The translations under genes and the position numbers were made by a program. 64,000 nt of DNA from an uncultured Gammaproteobacteria bacterium (lineage in GTDB: Bacteria; Patescibacteriota; Patescibacteriia; Buchananbacterales; UBA6539): positions 9,540 through 73,539 of the forward strand of contig CAZINP010000001.1 in the NCBI GenBank assembly GCA_964540635.1, read 5' to 3'. Below the pieces are notes generated by a model. That model saw nothing but the letters and a program-made list of their open reading frames with translations, was not told the origin of the DNA and did not search any database. Shown here piece after piece: positions 1 through 9,196 of this stretch (position 1 is its first letter; each line of letters opens with the position of its first letter).

Positions 1-69
1 TTAAACCTGAAAATGATATAATGCGATAAACAATCCAAACATAAATTCGCATAAATCTAGGGGAATTAA

Positions 70-753
70 ATGATACTCAACCCAAAAAAGAAATATCTTC
101 AAATTGCCTTTAACCGCTCAATGGGCGAAGTTTTAAGTATGGTTGGCCAGCTACCTGCCGCAAAAGAGATCTTACTTGAGGCCGGCACGCCGTTTATTAA
201 AGAATACGGCACCATCGGCTTAAGACGCTTGGTTAATTTTTGGGAAAGCATTAATGGTCAAAATGCCTATGTTGTTGCCGACCTTAAATGTATGGATCGC
301 GGCTTTACCGAAGTTTCTGCGGCCAAAAATGCCGGCGCGTCAGCTGCCACTTGCCTAGGCTTGGCCCCAATTGAAACAATTGATGCTTTCATCAAAACCT
401 GCCAAGACTTAAAAATTGATTCAATGGTTGATATGCTCAATGTTGAATTTCCGTTTGAAGTTTTACAACAACTTAAAACTCGACCCGATGTGGTAGTCCT
501 ACACCGTGGTGCAGATCAGGCCCTGAATTCAACCAAGGCTATTCCCTATTATGACATTAGCCGAATCAAGGGCACTTACAATATTGTTATTTCTGTTGCC
601 GGGGGCGAAAAACTGGCCGATGCCAGACGAGCATTTTTTAACAGCGCCGACATTGCCGTTGTCTGGAAAGAATTTTATGAAAACCCCAATAGAGTCGGCG
701 AATTAGCCCAGGAATTTTTAAGTTCAATCAAAGGTTATGGCAAAACCAAATAA
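70..753 (+). CDS. 3-hexulose-6-phosphate synthase-like protein (OMPDC/KGPDC suprafamily)
   Basis: 227 aa. The blocks KYLQIAFN, LLEAGTPFIK, VVADLKCMD and ISVAGG align to the HPS/KGPDC blocks LQVALD, ELGTPL, ADxK and VAGG. The first Asp is replaced by Asn. Confidence 0.6.
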   Translation: MILNPKKKYLQIAFNRSMGEVLSMVGQLPAAKEILLEAGTPFIKEYGTIGLRRLVNFWESINGQNAYVVADLKCMDRGFTEVSAAKNAGASAATCLGLAPIETIDAFIKTCQDLKIDSMVDMLNVEFPFEVLQQLKTRPDVVVLHRGADQALNSTKAIPYYDISRIKGTYNIVISVAGGEKLADARRAFFNSADIAVVWKEFYENPNRVGELAQEFLSSIKGYGKTK

Positions 754-1783
754 AAAAAACTTAAAAATTTTTATTACCACCATTGTCCTACTCGTCCTTT
801 TTTATTCCTTAAGTCTTACAAGCGTTATAAATGGTCGATTCAACCTGGAAACAATTATAAATTTTGGGGTTTTGGCTTTTATTGTTTTTTCGTTTTCAAA
901 AAATAAAAAGAATCGGGATAAAATCATAAAAATGATTTTGGAAAAACAAAATTTAAAAGGCATTAAGATGCAAGATGCGGACCCGGTTTTAGTTAAGAAT
1001 GACTTGGAAGAAATTATGGAATCGATTGTTGGCAAAAATTTGGCCGGAAAAATATCCCAGAATATACCTGATCAAAAATACCAAATTAAAAAAGATGAGT
1101 ATGTCGTTGATATTTTAAAGTCAAAAAACGACATGCGCCTGAACCGAAAAAAGAGATATCTTCAAGTTGCTTTGAACGGCACGCTAAATGATGCCTTATT
1201 AACAATTAATACTTTACCGGTTTCAGAAAAAATCATCATTGAAGCCGGCACGCCCCTGATAAAAATCCATGGCGCTCAAGCCGTTAGGGCAATCAGAAGC
1301 CGCTTGCCGTTTGCCTATATTGTGGCTGACATTAAAATCGCTGATTTAGCCGAAAGAGAAGTTGAAACTTTTAAAAACGCCGGCGCTAACGCCGTTACCG
1401 CTTTGGGCGTAGCCCCGCTTGAAACATTAAACCAATTCGTTTTAGCTTGCAAAAAATACAATGTTGACGCCATGATTGATATGATGAACGTGCCCAGCGC
1501 CATTGAAATTCTTAAAAAAATGAGCGCCTTGCCTGAAGTTGTGATTTTGCATCGCGGCGTGGATGAAACCGAGAAAACCAAAGGAAAATCAATCCCTTAC
1601 TATCAAATTAATCAGATCAAAGGTCAATATAATTTAATTGTTTCCGTGGCCGGCGGCGATACGCCCAAAGAAATTCAGAGCGCCGTTTTCAACGGTGCCA
1701 ATGTGGTGGTTGTTTGGAAAAATTTTGAAACCGGCCAAAGTGTAAAAAATTTAGCGGAAAACTTTTTAAAAGAAATTAAATAA
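737..1783 (+). CDS. Membrane-anchored HPS-like paralog (N-terminal transmembrane segment plus KGPDC-like domain)
   Basis: 348 aa. An N-terminal hydrophobic segment is followed by a Lys-rich linker. The C-terminal 210 aa repeat the HPS-like blocks (RYLQVALN, IIEAGTPLIK, VADIKIAD, VSVAGG). It forms a tandem duplicate with the upstream gene. Confidence 0.55.
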   Translation: MAKPNKKNLKIFITTIVLLVLFYSLSLTSVINGRFNLETIINFGVLAFIVFSFSKNKKNRDKIIKMILEKQNLKGIKMQDADPVLVKNDLEEIMESIVGKNLAGKISQNIPDQKYQIKKDEYVVDILKSKNDMRLNRKKRYLQVALNGTLNDALLTINTLPVSEKIIIEAGTPLIKIHGAQAVRAIRSRLPFAYIVADIKIADLAEREVETFKNAGANAVTALGVAPLETLNQFVLACKKYNVDAMIDMMNVPSAIEILKKMSALPEVVILHRGVDETEKTKGKSIPYYQINQIKGQYNLIVSVAGGDTPKEIQSAVFNGANVVVVWKNFETGQSVKNLAENFLKEIK

Positions 1784-1809
1784 TTAATAAATAATAAATA
1801 ACTAAAACT

Positions 1810-2589
1810 ATGGAAATCGCATTTGCCACTTTTTTCCTCTTCGGAGGGGGCTTCGTGTTCTTTTTTATCATCCTGCCCGGCATCAGAATCATCAACCAAT
1901 ACGAGAGGGGCGTGGTTCTGACCTTGGGCCGCTACTCCGGCACCAGAAATCCCGGTCTAACCTGGATTTTCCCGGTCATTCAAACCATGACCAAAGTTGA
2001 CATCAGAATTTTGACAGTTGATATTCCTCAACAAGAAGCCATCACCAAAGATAATGTACCGGTTGGCATAAACGGCGTTGTCTATTTTCGCGTGGAAAAA
2101 GCCGAAATGGTCGTCTTAGAAATTCAAAATTACAAAATGGCCGTCAGCCAATACGCTCAAGCGGCCTTGCGCGATGTCATCGGTTCCGTTGAGCTTGATT
2201 CACTGTTAACCGAACGAGATAAAATCGCCGAAGAAATTGAAAAAATTGTTACAACCGCAGTTAATCCTTGGGGCGTCAGTGTTTCCAGTATCAAAATCCA
2301 AGACATCGAACTGCCGGCTGATATGAAACGCGTTATGGCCAAACAAGCCGAAAGCGAACGCGAAAGACGTGCGGTAATTATCAGAGCCGAAGGCGAATTA
2401 AAAGCTTCAGAAAATTTGGCTGCGGCGGCCAATAAATTAGCAACGGCTCCGGGCGGTTTATCTTTAAGAACTCTAAAAACAATTGAAGCGATTAATCCCG
2501 ACCCGTCCAAAACCGTTATCTTTGCCCTTCCGGTTGAAGTCATGCAGGGTATTGCGGCCATTGGTGCAAACTTTGTCGGTAAAAAATAA
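1810..2589 (+). CDS. SPFH/band-7 (stomatin/prohibitin-like) membrane protein
   Basis: An N-terminal transmembrane segment is followed by a stomatin-like core (QYERGVVLTLGRY...NPGLTWIFPVIQ...VDIRILTVDIP) and a C-terminal coiled coil. Confidence 0.85.
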   Translation: MEIAFATFFLFGGGFVFFFIILPGIRIINQYERGVVLTLGRYSGTRNPGLTWIFPVIQTMTKVDIRILTVDIPQQEAITKDNVPVGINGVVYFRVEKAEMVVLEIQNYKMAVSQYAQAALRDVIGSVELDSLLTERDKIAEEIEKIVTTAVNPWGVSVSSIKIQDIELPADMKRVMAKQAESERERRAVIIRAEGELKASENLAAAANKLATAPGGLSLRTLKTIEAINPDPSKTVIFALPVEVMQGIAAIGANFVGKK

Positions 2590-2603
2590 TTCCAAATAAA
2601 AAA

Positions 2604-2631
2604 CATCCCGATTGTATCGGGATGTTTTTTA
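2604..2631. terminator. Rho-independent terminator (bidirectional; A-run upstream, T-run downstream)
   Basis: The hairpin CATCCCGAT-tgt-ATCGGGATG is followed by TTTTTT. It lies between convergent genes. Confidence 0.7.
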
Positions 2632-2641
2632 TTTAATAATT

Positions 2642-3781
2642 TTATTTTTTCTTCGGTGCGGAAATATCAGCTTTTAACCAAAACGCGCCGAAATAAGTTG
2701 AGATTGGCATAGACATTGCCACCCCGATACTGCCAACCAAAGTTCTGACAATTTCTGTTGCCACCACTTCGTTATTAATAATTTGATTAAAGGTCAAATA
2801 TGGTTCTTGTTTTAAGGTAAACAATAGCAACAACGGCAAAGAGGCGCCGGCATAAGTTAAAAAAAGCGTATTAACAATTGCGCCCAAATGAGTGTTACCA
2901 ACGCGATAAGCCATTTTAAAAACTTGCATCGGTTTTAAATTGGGATTCGCTTCTTTTATCTGCTTAACTGCCTCCAGCTGACCAACGATTATATCATCCA
3001 AAACCCCAACCGCGCCAATTAAAATACCGGCTAAAAGCAACCCCTTAAAATCAATTGCCTTTTGACCGACGCCGATTAAAAAAACCGACTCCTCCTGGGC
3101 AAAACCGGTTAAACGAGTCATGGCGGTAAACACCGAAGAAAGAATAACAATAAGCACAAGGGAAAAAGTAACGCTTATAATTGCCAAGTGAGATTTTTTA
3201 TGCCAGCCCTCAGTTAAATAAATTATAATCGTCAAAATTGTTAAAGAGCCGATTACGCTGATTAAAAAAGGATTTGCGCCATTTAAAATTTTAGGCAAAA
3301 TAAAATAAACAATTATTAAGAACGTTGCGATCAAACTAATGAGCGCTTTTATTCCCTTACTTCCCCCAATGATAATCGTAACGACGGCAAAAATAAAAGT
3401 TAAAAGATAAATTGGGTTGCGACGGACAATATCAATTATAAAATAATTGCTTTGGCCGTCTGGCGTCTCAGTTTTTTGAACTAAAACCCGATCGCCAACC
3501 TTATAATGATTCACACTCACAAAGTCAATCTCAGAAATACCATTAATCTCTATTTCTTTATTTTTATCTTCCCCTTCAAGCCCTTTTAATAAAAGATCTT
3601 GCTGGGTTGCCTTATCGCCGTCTTCACGAGCGATTTCTTTTTCTTCTAAAATTTTTATTACTCTGGCTTCAAAAATCGTCTCGGTTGGAACAACCTCATC
3701 AGGCATGGCTTCTTGGGCAAAAAGATTAACCGGATAAGATAGGATAAATAAAAATAAAAAAATGAATATTTTTTTTAACAT
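2642..3781 (-). CDS. YibE/F-family integral membrane protein
   Basis: A signal/anchor sequence and a soluble N-domain are followed by a polytopic C-terminal half typical of YibE/F. Confidence 0.55.
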   Translation of the reverse strand: MLKKIFIFLFLFILSYPVNLFAQEAMPDEVVPTETIFEARVIKILEEKEIAREDGDKATQQDLLLKGLEGEDKNKEIEINGISEIDFVSVNHYKVGDRVLVQKTETPDGQSNYFIIDIVRRNPIYLLTFIFAVVTIIIGGSKGIKALISLIATFLIIVYFILPKILNGANPFLISVIGSLTILTIIIYLTEGWHKKSHLAIISVTFSLVLIVILSSVFTAMTRLTGFAQEESVFLIGVGQKAIDFKGLLLAGILIGAVGVLDDIIVGQLEAVKQIKEANPNLKPMQVFKMAYRVGNTHLGAIVNTLFLTYAGASLPLLLLFTLKQEPYLTFNQIINNEVVATEIVRTLVGSIGVAMSMPISTYFGAFWLKADISAPKKK

Positions 3782-3785
3782 AGAT

Positions 3786-5099
3786 TTAGTTAAACATTAG
3801 CCAGCCCGGCTTAAAAATTAACAACAAACCAACTGTAAATAAAATTAATCCGCCTGCCAACCTGGAATATCTGGCATATTTCGTAGTAACTCCTGTCATC
3901 TCTAATGTTATCATTGCAAGTAAAAAGACAAAAATATCATCAAGCATAAAGAAAAAAATGTACAACAAAATCAAAAAATAATACTGCCAACTTGATAAAT
4001 TATTTAAAGCCAAGACTTGAGTATAGATCGCCGGCAAACCAGCCGAACAAACCAATTCAACCAAATTTACAACAAAGGCCAAAACGATAATGCCAAAAAT
4101 CGCTAAAATAAAATTTTTTTGTAAAGCTACCGCCTTTAATTTCTTAAAAACTTTTTGACGATTCTCACTATTAGTAACCTTGCAGCCACTGTCTTTATCT
4201 ACAAAAAATGCACGCACACTGTAAGAGCCCCCGGCCAAAGCGAATAAACCAACCAACAGTCTTACCCAAAAAACAAAGCCTAAAAATAAGATAAAGTTTA
4301 GCCATGCCGACATAAACAAAAAGTAAACCGAAGCCGACGCAACAATAAAAATAATTCCCAAAGTCCACATTCGCCTCTTATCTTCCATTCCCAGAAGCAA
4401 GCTGATTAAAAACAAAAGCGTCCATAAAGCGCAAGGATTGAATCCATCCAACGATCCTATAATCACCGCCAGGATCGGCAGAGAAAATTTAATTATATTT
4501 ACTTCTCCAAATATTGGCAACTTAATTCTTTGATCAACTCCACTCTCAGCTTCCCCCAAAAAATCCAATCCAACATTATCCTCAAATGGTTTATCTAATT
4601 CTTCCACTCCAGACTGTGTCGGCGTGTTTTGCTCAACGCTATCCACTTCTACAAATCCTTCTCTTATAGCATTTTCCTGGTAAGAAATCGTTTTTACGTT
4701 AACAATCTCGGCGACTGAATCGGGACATAATTCCTTGCTGCACTCTAAAACACGCTTTGATATCGCCGATGATGTCATACCATTGGCATATCCGATGAAA
4801 TAAGTATCACCAATCACCAAAAAAGGCACTCCATTGACTCCGGCGTTTAACTTTTCAGCTACCTTTTGCAAAATTTCTATATTGTCAAAATCGTTATAGA
4901 TTTCAAATTCAAAAACGTTCAAGTTGGGATAATTTTCCTTTAACTCACTATTTATAAACACTCTTTCAGCGCTACAGTGAGGACAAGTACTACCATAGAA
5001 AAGATAAGCGTTAACCGGAAATGTTACGGCTTTAACGGGAATTAAAACCAAGAAAAAAAATAAACTGATAGAAAATAAATATTTAAATAGATGTCTCAT
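3786..5099 (-). CDS. Thioredoxin-like (CPHC) domain fused to a CcdA/DsbD-type transmembrane thiol-disulfide transporter
   Basis: The N-terminus has a signal peptide and a YGSTCPHCSAE glutaredoxin/thioredoxin-like CxxC motif. The C-terminal multi-transmembrane core carries GFNPCALW and LVCSAGLP Cys motifs like the CcdA/DsbD beta domain. Confidence 0.65.
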   Translation of the reverse strand: MRHLFKYLFSISLFFFLVLIPVKAVTFPVNAYLFYGSTCPHCSAERVFINSELKENYPNLNVFEFEIYNDFDNIEILQKVAEKLNAGVNGVPFLVIGDTYFIGYANGMTSSAISKRVLECSKELCPDSVAEIVNVKTISYQENAIREGFVEVDSVEQNTPTQSGVEELDKPFEDNVGLDFLGEAESGVDQRIKLPIFGEVNIIKFSLPILAVIIGSLDGFNPCALWTLLFLISLLLGMEDKRRMWTLGIIFIVASASVYFLFMSAWLNFILFLGFVFWVRLLVGLFALAGGSYSVRAFFVDKDSGCKVTNSENRQKVFKKLKAVALQKNFILAIFGIIVLAFVVNLVELVCSAGLPAIYTQVLALNNLSSWQYYFLILLYIFFFMLDDIFVFLLAMITLEMTGVTTKYARYSRLAGGLILFTVGLLLIFKPGWLMFN

Positions 5100-5101
5100 G
5101 A

Positions 5102-5371
5102 TTATTTGTCTTTATTTGCGCTAATTATCTCAATCAATTTTTCTTTTTTAATTTCACCACTTAATCTTAAAAATTCTTTATTTTGACTGTCCAAAAAAAT
5201 AAAAACCGGTAAGTTTTCAACAACATTATATTTTTTTATCGCCTCCTTATCATTGTCAAAATCATAATATTCATTTTTTAACCATTCATTTTCCTTCTCA
5301 ATTTCTTTCCAAAGCGGCCTCATGACCAAGCAACCCGGGCACCAAACAGCACCAATTTTAATAACCTTCAT
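5102..5371 (-). CDS. Thioredoxin
   Basis: 89 aa with the canonical WCPGC active site. Confidence 0.8.
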   Translation of the reverse strand: MKVIKIGAVWCPGCLVMRPLWKEIEKENEWLKNEYYDFDNDKEAIKKYNVVENLPVFIFLDSQNKEFLRLSGEIKKEKLIEIISANKDK

Positions 5372-5381
5372 AATTATATTT

Positions 5382-5657
5382 TTAATTAATTATTTTAATC
5401 GCTTTGCCATTGATTAAAGCATCAGCAATCTTTTTATTTGCAGAATATAAAATTCTTTGATAAGTGCTTGCCGAAGTATTCATTTGTTTTGCCGCCTCGA
5501 TTTGATCAAGGCCTTGAACATGTCTTAAGCGATACGATTCCATCTCTTCCGTACTTAATTGAACAATTTCAAGATTAGCCAAAGGAACACCTTGCGGTTT
5601 GAAATATTTAACTCTTGGATTAAATTTAATTCTGCGAAAAAGCTTTGGTCGTGGCAT
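5382..5657 (-). CDS. DUF134/UPF0251 family putative DNA-binding protein
   Basis: MPRPKLFRRIKFNPRVKYFKPQGVP...EEMESYRLRHVQGL...NKKIADALINGKAI closely follows the DUF134 signature (MPRPRKxRRV...YFKP...sigma70-r4-like HTH). Confidence 0.75.
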   Translation of the reverse strand: MPRPKLFRRIKFNPRVKYFKPQGVPLANLEIVQLSTEEMESYRLRHVQGLDQIEAAKQMNTSASTYQRILYSANKKIADALINGKAIKIIN

Positions 5658-5752
5658 ATTTTTATTATAACAGAATTACCTTAATAAGCCGACTGCCATT
5701 TGATATTTTAATAAGAAACGGCAGTCTCTTAACTTATTAAAGGAATTACCGA

Positions 5753-5944
5753 CTAGCTGTCTGATTTAGGGCATGAAAAATCGCCGTACAAAGCAGAAAA
5801 CCTGCCTCTTCCTCGGCCTTGATTTCTTCCAAAACCCAAACCGCGACCAACAGGCTTGGTTTTATTGCTGCCAGAGCAATTTCCCATGCCTCTTCCCGTC
5901 ATCGGACCTTGGCCATTTGGCCCGGTTTTGTCTAAATTTGGCAT
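5753..5944 (-). CDS. DUF5320-like Gly/Arg-rich small protein (usual partner of DUF134)
   Basis: 63 aa. MPNLDKTGPNGQGPMTGRGMGNC...GRGRGR resembles DUF5320 proteins that commonly precede DUF134 genes. Confidence 0.5.
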   Translation of the reverse strand: MPNLDKTGPNGQGPMTGRGMGNCSGSNKTKPVGRGLGFGRNQGRGRGRFSALYGDFSCPKSDS

Positions 5945-6084
5945 AATTTTATTTATTTAAGTTAATTAGTAAAACTATTTATTATGAGTATATACCCAAA
6001 ACTATATTTCGTCAAGTTTTAATTTCAATATACGATTTTAAATGGCTGTGTTATAATCATATATATAAACTAAAATTAAAAAAT

Positions 6085-7125
6085 ATGAAAAAAATATTTT
6101 TGGGTTTAATCTTAAGTTTTTGCTTTATTCTCTTCCCCTTTTACACAAAAGCTGCCTCTAAAGAATGGCAAGCAATAACCCCCGAAGGGTTTGAAGCGAT
6201 AAATTGGGTAAAGGCAAGGGGTATAAATAGTTTTTTTAAACCTCAAACCAATAATGGCTACCTTGATTATCTAACTATAATCTATTTGCCATACAACGAA
6301 ATTGGTCTGATTACCTCTTCAACGCCCAAAACCACCTGGACACCGGCTTCCTCGGTATTTGCGGATACCTCTGCCAACAATTGGGTATTTGAAAAAAAAC
6401 CGGCCGAATTGTCAAAAAAAGATTATCCGGATGTTAAATTTGTTTGGAACATGCCGTTTTTTAATATCACCGGCACTACCACCGACCTGAGCCTAGCCTT
6501 AAAATTTAATTTGAATAAAAATCCTTTTATAACCAGCGGTAGCCGTCCAGAGCTTGATATGGCTCAGAACCGACGCATGCTAATTATTGATAATAAAAAT
6601 CATTCGGCCTTGATTTCGGATTTTAGCGAAGAAACATTTATTAACAATGGCGATTTGGCGGTTGAAGGTTTTGCGCCAGATACAACATTTAAAGGAGAAA
6701 GTTTTACCATCTCTAGATTATTTGTTGGCGTAAGGCCGGGCAATAAAGAATTGGTTATTTATTGCAGCAAAGGCGCTTCAATTGAGGATGCACAAAATGC
6801 CTTATTGGCCGCCGGCGTTCCTTTGGAAAACCAACTCCAAGCCGATGGCGGCGCCAGCGCCACTTGCGCTTACAATTTGCCCGGTCAATTCTTTACCGAA
6901 CCGGGCCGATCTTTGCCGGCCCTAGTTGGCGCTACTCCTTTTCTATTTACCGGCTCAATCATTAATGATCAAGTCAACGTTAGAAACGGTCCGGGAATAA
7001 AAAATAAAGCCGTTGATAAACTGGCCAAGGGAACAAAGGTTACAGCCTACGAAGAAAAATCAGGCTGGGTCAGAATAGGAACCTCCCCGCTCTGGGTTTT
7101 AAAAACTTTAATTAAAATTGACTAA
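6085..7125 (+). CDS. Secreted protein with C-terminal bacterial SH3 (SH3b) domain
   Basis: A signal peptide (MKKIFLGLILSFCFILFPFYTKA) is present. The C-terminal segment DQVNVRNGPGIKNKAVDKLAKGTKVTAYEEKSGWVRIG is SH3_3-like. The N-terminal domain is unassigned. Confidence 0.55.
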   Translation: MKKIFLGLILSFCFILFPFYTKAASKEWQAITPEGFEAINWVKARGINSFFKPQTNNGYLDYLTIIYLPYNEIGLITSSTPKTTWTPASSVFADTSANNWVFEKKPAELSKKDYPDVKFVWNMPFFNITGTTTDLSLALKFNLNKNPFITSGSRPELDMAQNRRMLIIDNKNHSALISDFSEETFINNGDLAVEGFAPDTTFKGESFTISRLFVGVRPGNKELVIYCSKGASIEDAQNALLAAGVPLENQLQADGGASATCAYNLPGQFFTEPGRSLPALVGATPFLFTGSIINDQVNVRNGPGIKNKAVDKLAKGTKVTAYEEKSGWVRIGTSPLWVLKTLIKID

Positions 7126-7132
7126 AATAAAA

Positions 7133-7162
7133 AAAGCCCCCGACTCTCGGGGGCTTTTTTTA
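7133..7162. terminator. Rho-independent terminator (bidirectional)
   Basis: AAAAA-GCCCCCGActcTCGGGGGC-TTTTTTT lies between convergent genes. Confidence 0.75.
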
Positions 7163-7164
7163 TT

Positions 7165-8442
7165 TTATTTTCTTTTTTTAAGCGACGCCAACTCCTCTTT
7201 TAATTGCGAGATTCTTAACTCCCGATTTATCATATGATCGTTCATCTCAGTTAACTGTTTTACTTTCTTTTCAAGCTCCAATTCGTCCTGTTTCTTTTCG
7301 TTGATATCAATAATTGAGCCAACCATTCTAATTGGTTTTTTATTTTTATCATATTGCGTGATACCATTTGCCCTAAACCAACGATACTCTCCTGTTTTGC
7401 ATTTAAGGCGATATTCTGTTTCATAAGGCTTACCGGTCTCCAAGCAGTTGTCAACAATATCAAAAGTTTTCTTTAAATCTTGAGGATGCAAAGATTTTTT
7501 GAAATCATCAAGGGTCGTACCCATTTCACCTTCTTTATATCCCAAAAGCACATAAGATTTTGGCGACCATAAAATCTTATTTGTTTTCAAATTCCAATCC
7601 CAAATACCGGCGCCAACGCCGTTAATTGCCAGGCGATAAGTTTCTTTGGCGTCAAAAAAACTTTTTTCTAACGCCTTCTGCTTTTTTATCATCTCTTCCA
7701 GAGATACTATTTTCTTTTCTAAATCAGATCTAAAATTCAATATTTCCCAAAAATGCTTTGGTTTTTCACGGCTTTCTTCAAGATATCCTTCAATCTTTAA
7801 AAAATAAGTAACCAAGGGGGCGGAAACAAAAGATAAAAATAAACGAATCGCGATGCTGCTCTGAAGTATAGAAAAATATACGCTAGAACCAAAATATGAG
7901 CCCGTCACAAAAACTAAAGAGTCAAGAAGATAAACAGAAAATATAACTAAAAAAACTCTAATAATCAAAAACAAAGATTTAACTCGAGAAAGCAGCTCCC
8001 AGATTACAGCTAAAAACAAAATATCTAAGATTATGGCTGAAATTGACCAAAAATAAACCCGAGCGGTTTGAGCATTTAATTGCACCCAACCCGAAGTGTC
8101 AACTTGCAAGCCAAGCAAATACACAACCCCGATATAGAGTAAAGATGAGAATAAAACAACCCAAAGTGCCAAGCGTCCAGCCTTTGGGCCTTCAAAAATA
8201 TAGAGATACAAAATACCAAGCATTAAACTTGTAAAAAACGAAAATGAACCTACTAGGAAAAACCACTGATTAAATATTACGGCAAAGCCCATATCGCTAA
8301 GATGATGGGTCAAAACTGTCATAACCGCAATATGCGAATAAAGCGGGATAAGAGTAAACCTGTCTTTCAAACGATAAAGTATAACCACCAAAAGCCAAAG
8401 AATTAAAGTCTGAAAGCACAAAACTAAAAATGGGTTAAACAT
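7165..8442 (-). CDS. Polytopic membrane protein with C-terminal PAS domain and coiled coil, no output domain
   Basis: About 6-7 transmembrane helices are followed by a PAS fold (GIWDWNLKTNKILWSPKSY...YRLKCKTGEYRWFRANGITQYDKNKKPIRMVGSIIDINEKK). The C-terminus is a coiled coil. No kinase or GGDEF domain is present. Confidence 0.6.
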   Translation of the reverse strand: MFNPFLVLCFQTLILWLLVVILYRLKDRFTLIPLYSHIAVMTVLTHHLSDMGFAVIFNQWFFLVGSFSFFTSLMLGILYLYIFEGPKAGRLALWVVLFSSLLYIGVVYLLGLQVDTSGWVQLNAQTARVYFWSISAIILDILFLAVIWELLSRVKSLFLIIRVFLVIFSVYLLDSLVFVTGSYFGSSVYFSILQSSIAIRLFLSFVSAPLVTYFLKIEGYLEESREKPKHFWEILNFRSDLEKKIVSLEEMIKKQKALEKSFFDAKETYRLAINGVGAGIWDWNLKTNKILWSPKSYVLLGYKEGEMGTTLDDFKKSLHPQDLKKTFDIVDNCLETGKPYETEYRLKCKTGEYRWFRANGITQYDKNKKPIRMVGSIIDINEKKQDELELEKKVKQLTEMNDHMINRELRISQLKEELASLKKRK

Positions 8443-8493
8443 ATATTTAGATTATTTAGCTTATTTAATTATACGACAAAACGCAAAGCTTAA

Positions 8494-8526
8494 CAAAAAA
8501 AGAGCCACCCCCGCAGGTATTGGCTC
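8494..8526 (-). terminator. Rho-independent terminator (minus strand) closing the GC-rich cassette
   Basis: The GAGCCA...TGGCTC hairpin has an A-run on the plus strand, which is a T-run on the minus strand, immediately after the stop of the 8540..9196 gene. Confidence 0.5.
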
Positions 8527-8539
8527 AATACTTTTCAGC

Positions 8540-9196
8540 TTACATCCGACCATCTCTGACTCGGTTGCAAGCATACATCATTTTTTTCAGTTTATCCAAA
8601 GCCTCCTCAAGAAACAGGCTCAACCCGGCAACGTCCATGTGGGCACTACCAAATTGTTCGGCAAGAAGCTGATCTTCAGCAGTTGCCATTTCCAAAGCCT
8701 TGGTAAGTAACCGCTTGAACTCTTTTCGCCTAGAGGCCGGGCTGCTTGTTTTTTTCTCATCCTGAGAATCTGGTTCATCTGACGACGAGGGAGGGAGTAA
8801 ACTCTTCCCAAGCTTTTTGCCCAAATTCAAGCGCAAGCGAGCAATGCTCATCCCGGCGGCTTCGGCTTTTTTAAGGAGACTCTCAATCTCTTCCTCTGAA
8901 ACTCCGACAAAGAAATCTTCTTTTCCTTCAGTAATGCCTCGAAAATACGCCTCCATCTGCCCAAGAACATTGTCCGGTTTTCCCTGAAAATCGGGCGGCA
9001 AAACATCCAGCACCGGCTTTGGCACAGGCGCCTCCTGCGAAACCAGCGATTTTTGCTTCGCCTTGACGTTCACGCCTTTGGGCATAAACCCATGCATGCG
9101 CTCCCTTATAGCCTTGGTTTCGGCAATTACCCTTAACAACAATTGGGAGTGTTGCACGTAGGCATTAGGGGGGGAGATTGAGAAACATTTTGCCAA
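8540..9196 (-). CDS. Hypothetical protein (GC-rich cassette, acidic/Ser-rich C-terminal half)
   Basis: 218-aa ORF with about 52% GC in a roughly 40% GC background. No recognisable domain. It overlaps the ParB-like gene by 32 nt, so the true start may be an internal Met. Confidence 0.45.
   Translation of the reverse strand: MAKCFSISPPNAYVQHSQLLLRVIAETKAIRERMHGFMPKGVNVKAKQKSLVSQEAPVPKPVLDVLPPDFQGKPDNVLGQMEAYFRGITEGKEDFFVGVSEEEIESLLKKAEAAGMSIARLRLNLGKKLGKSLLPPSSSDEPDSQDEKKTSSPASRRKEFKRLLTKALEMATAEDQLLAEQFGSAHMDVAGLSLFLEEALDKLKKMMYACNRVRDGRM

Noticed and set aside
9165-9196. 32-nt overlap between the ParB-like gene and the downstream 218-aa ORF
   Set aside because: This is probably a start-codon miscall, as internal Met codons are available. 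It is not treated as a programmed frameshift.
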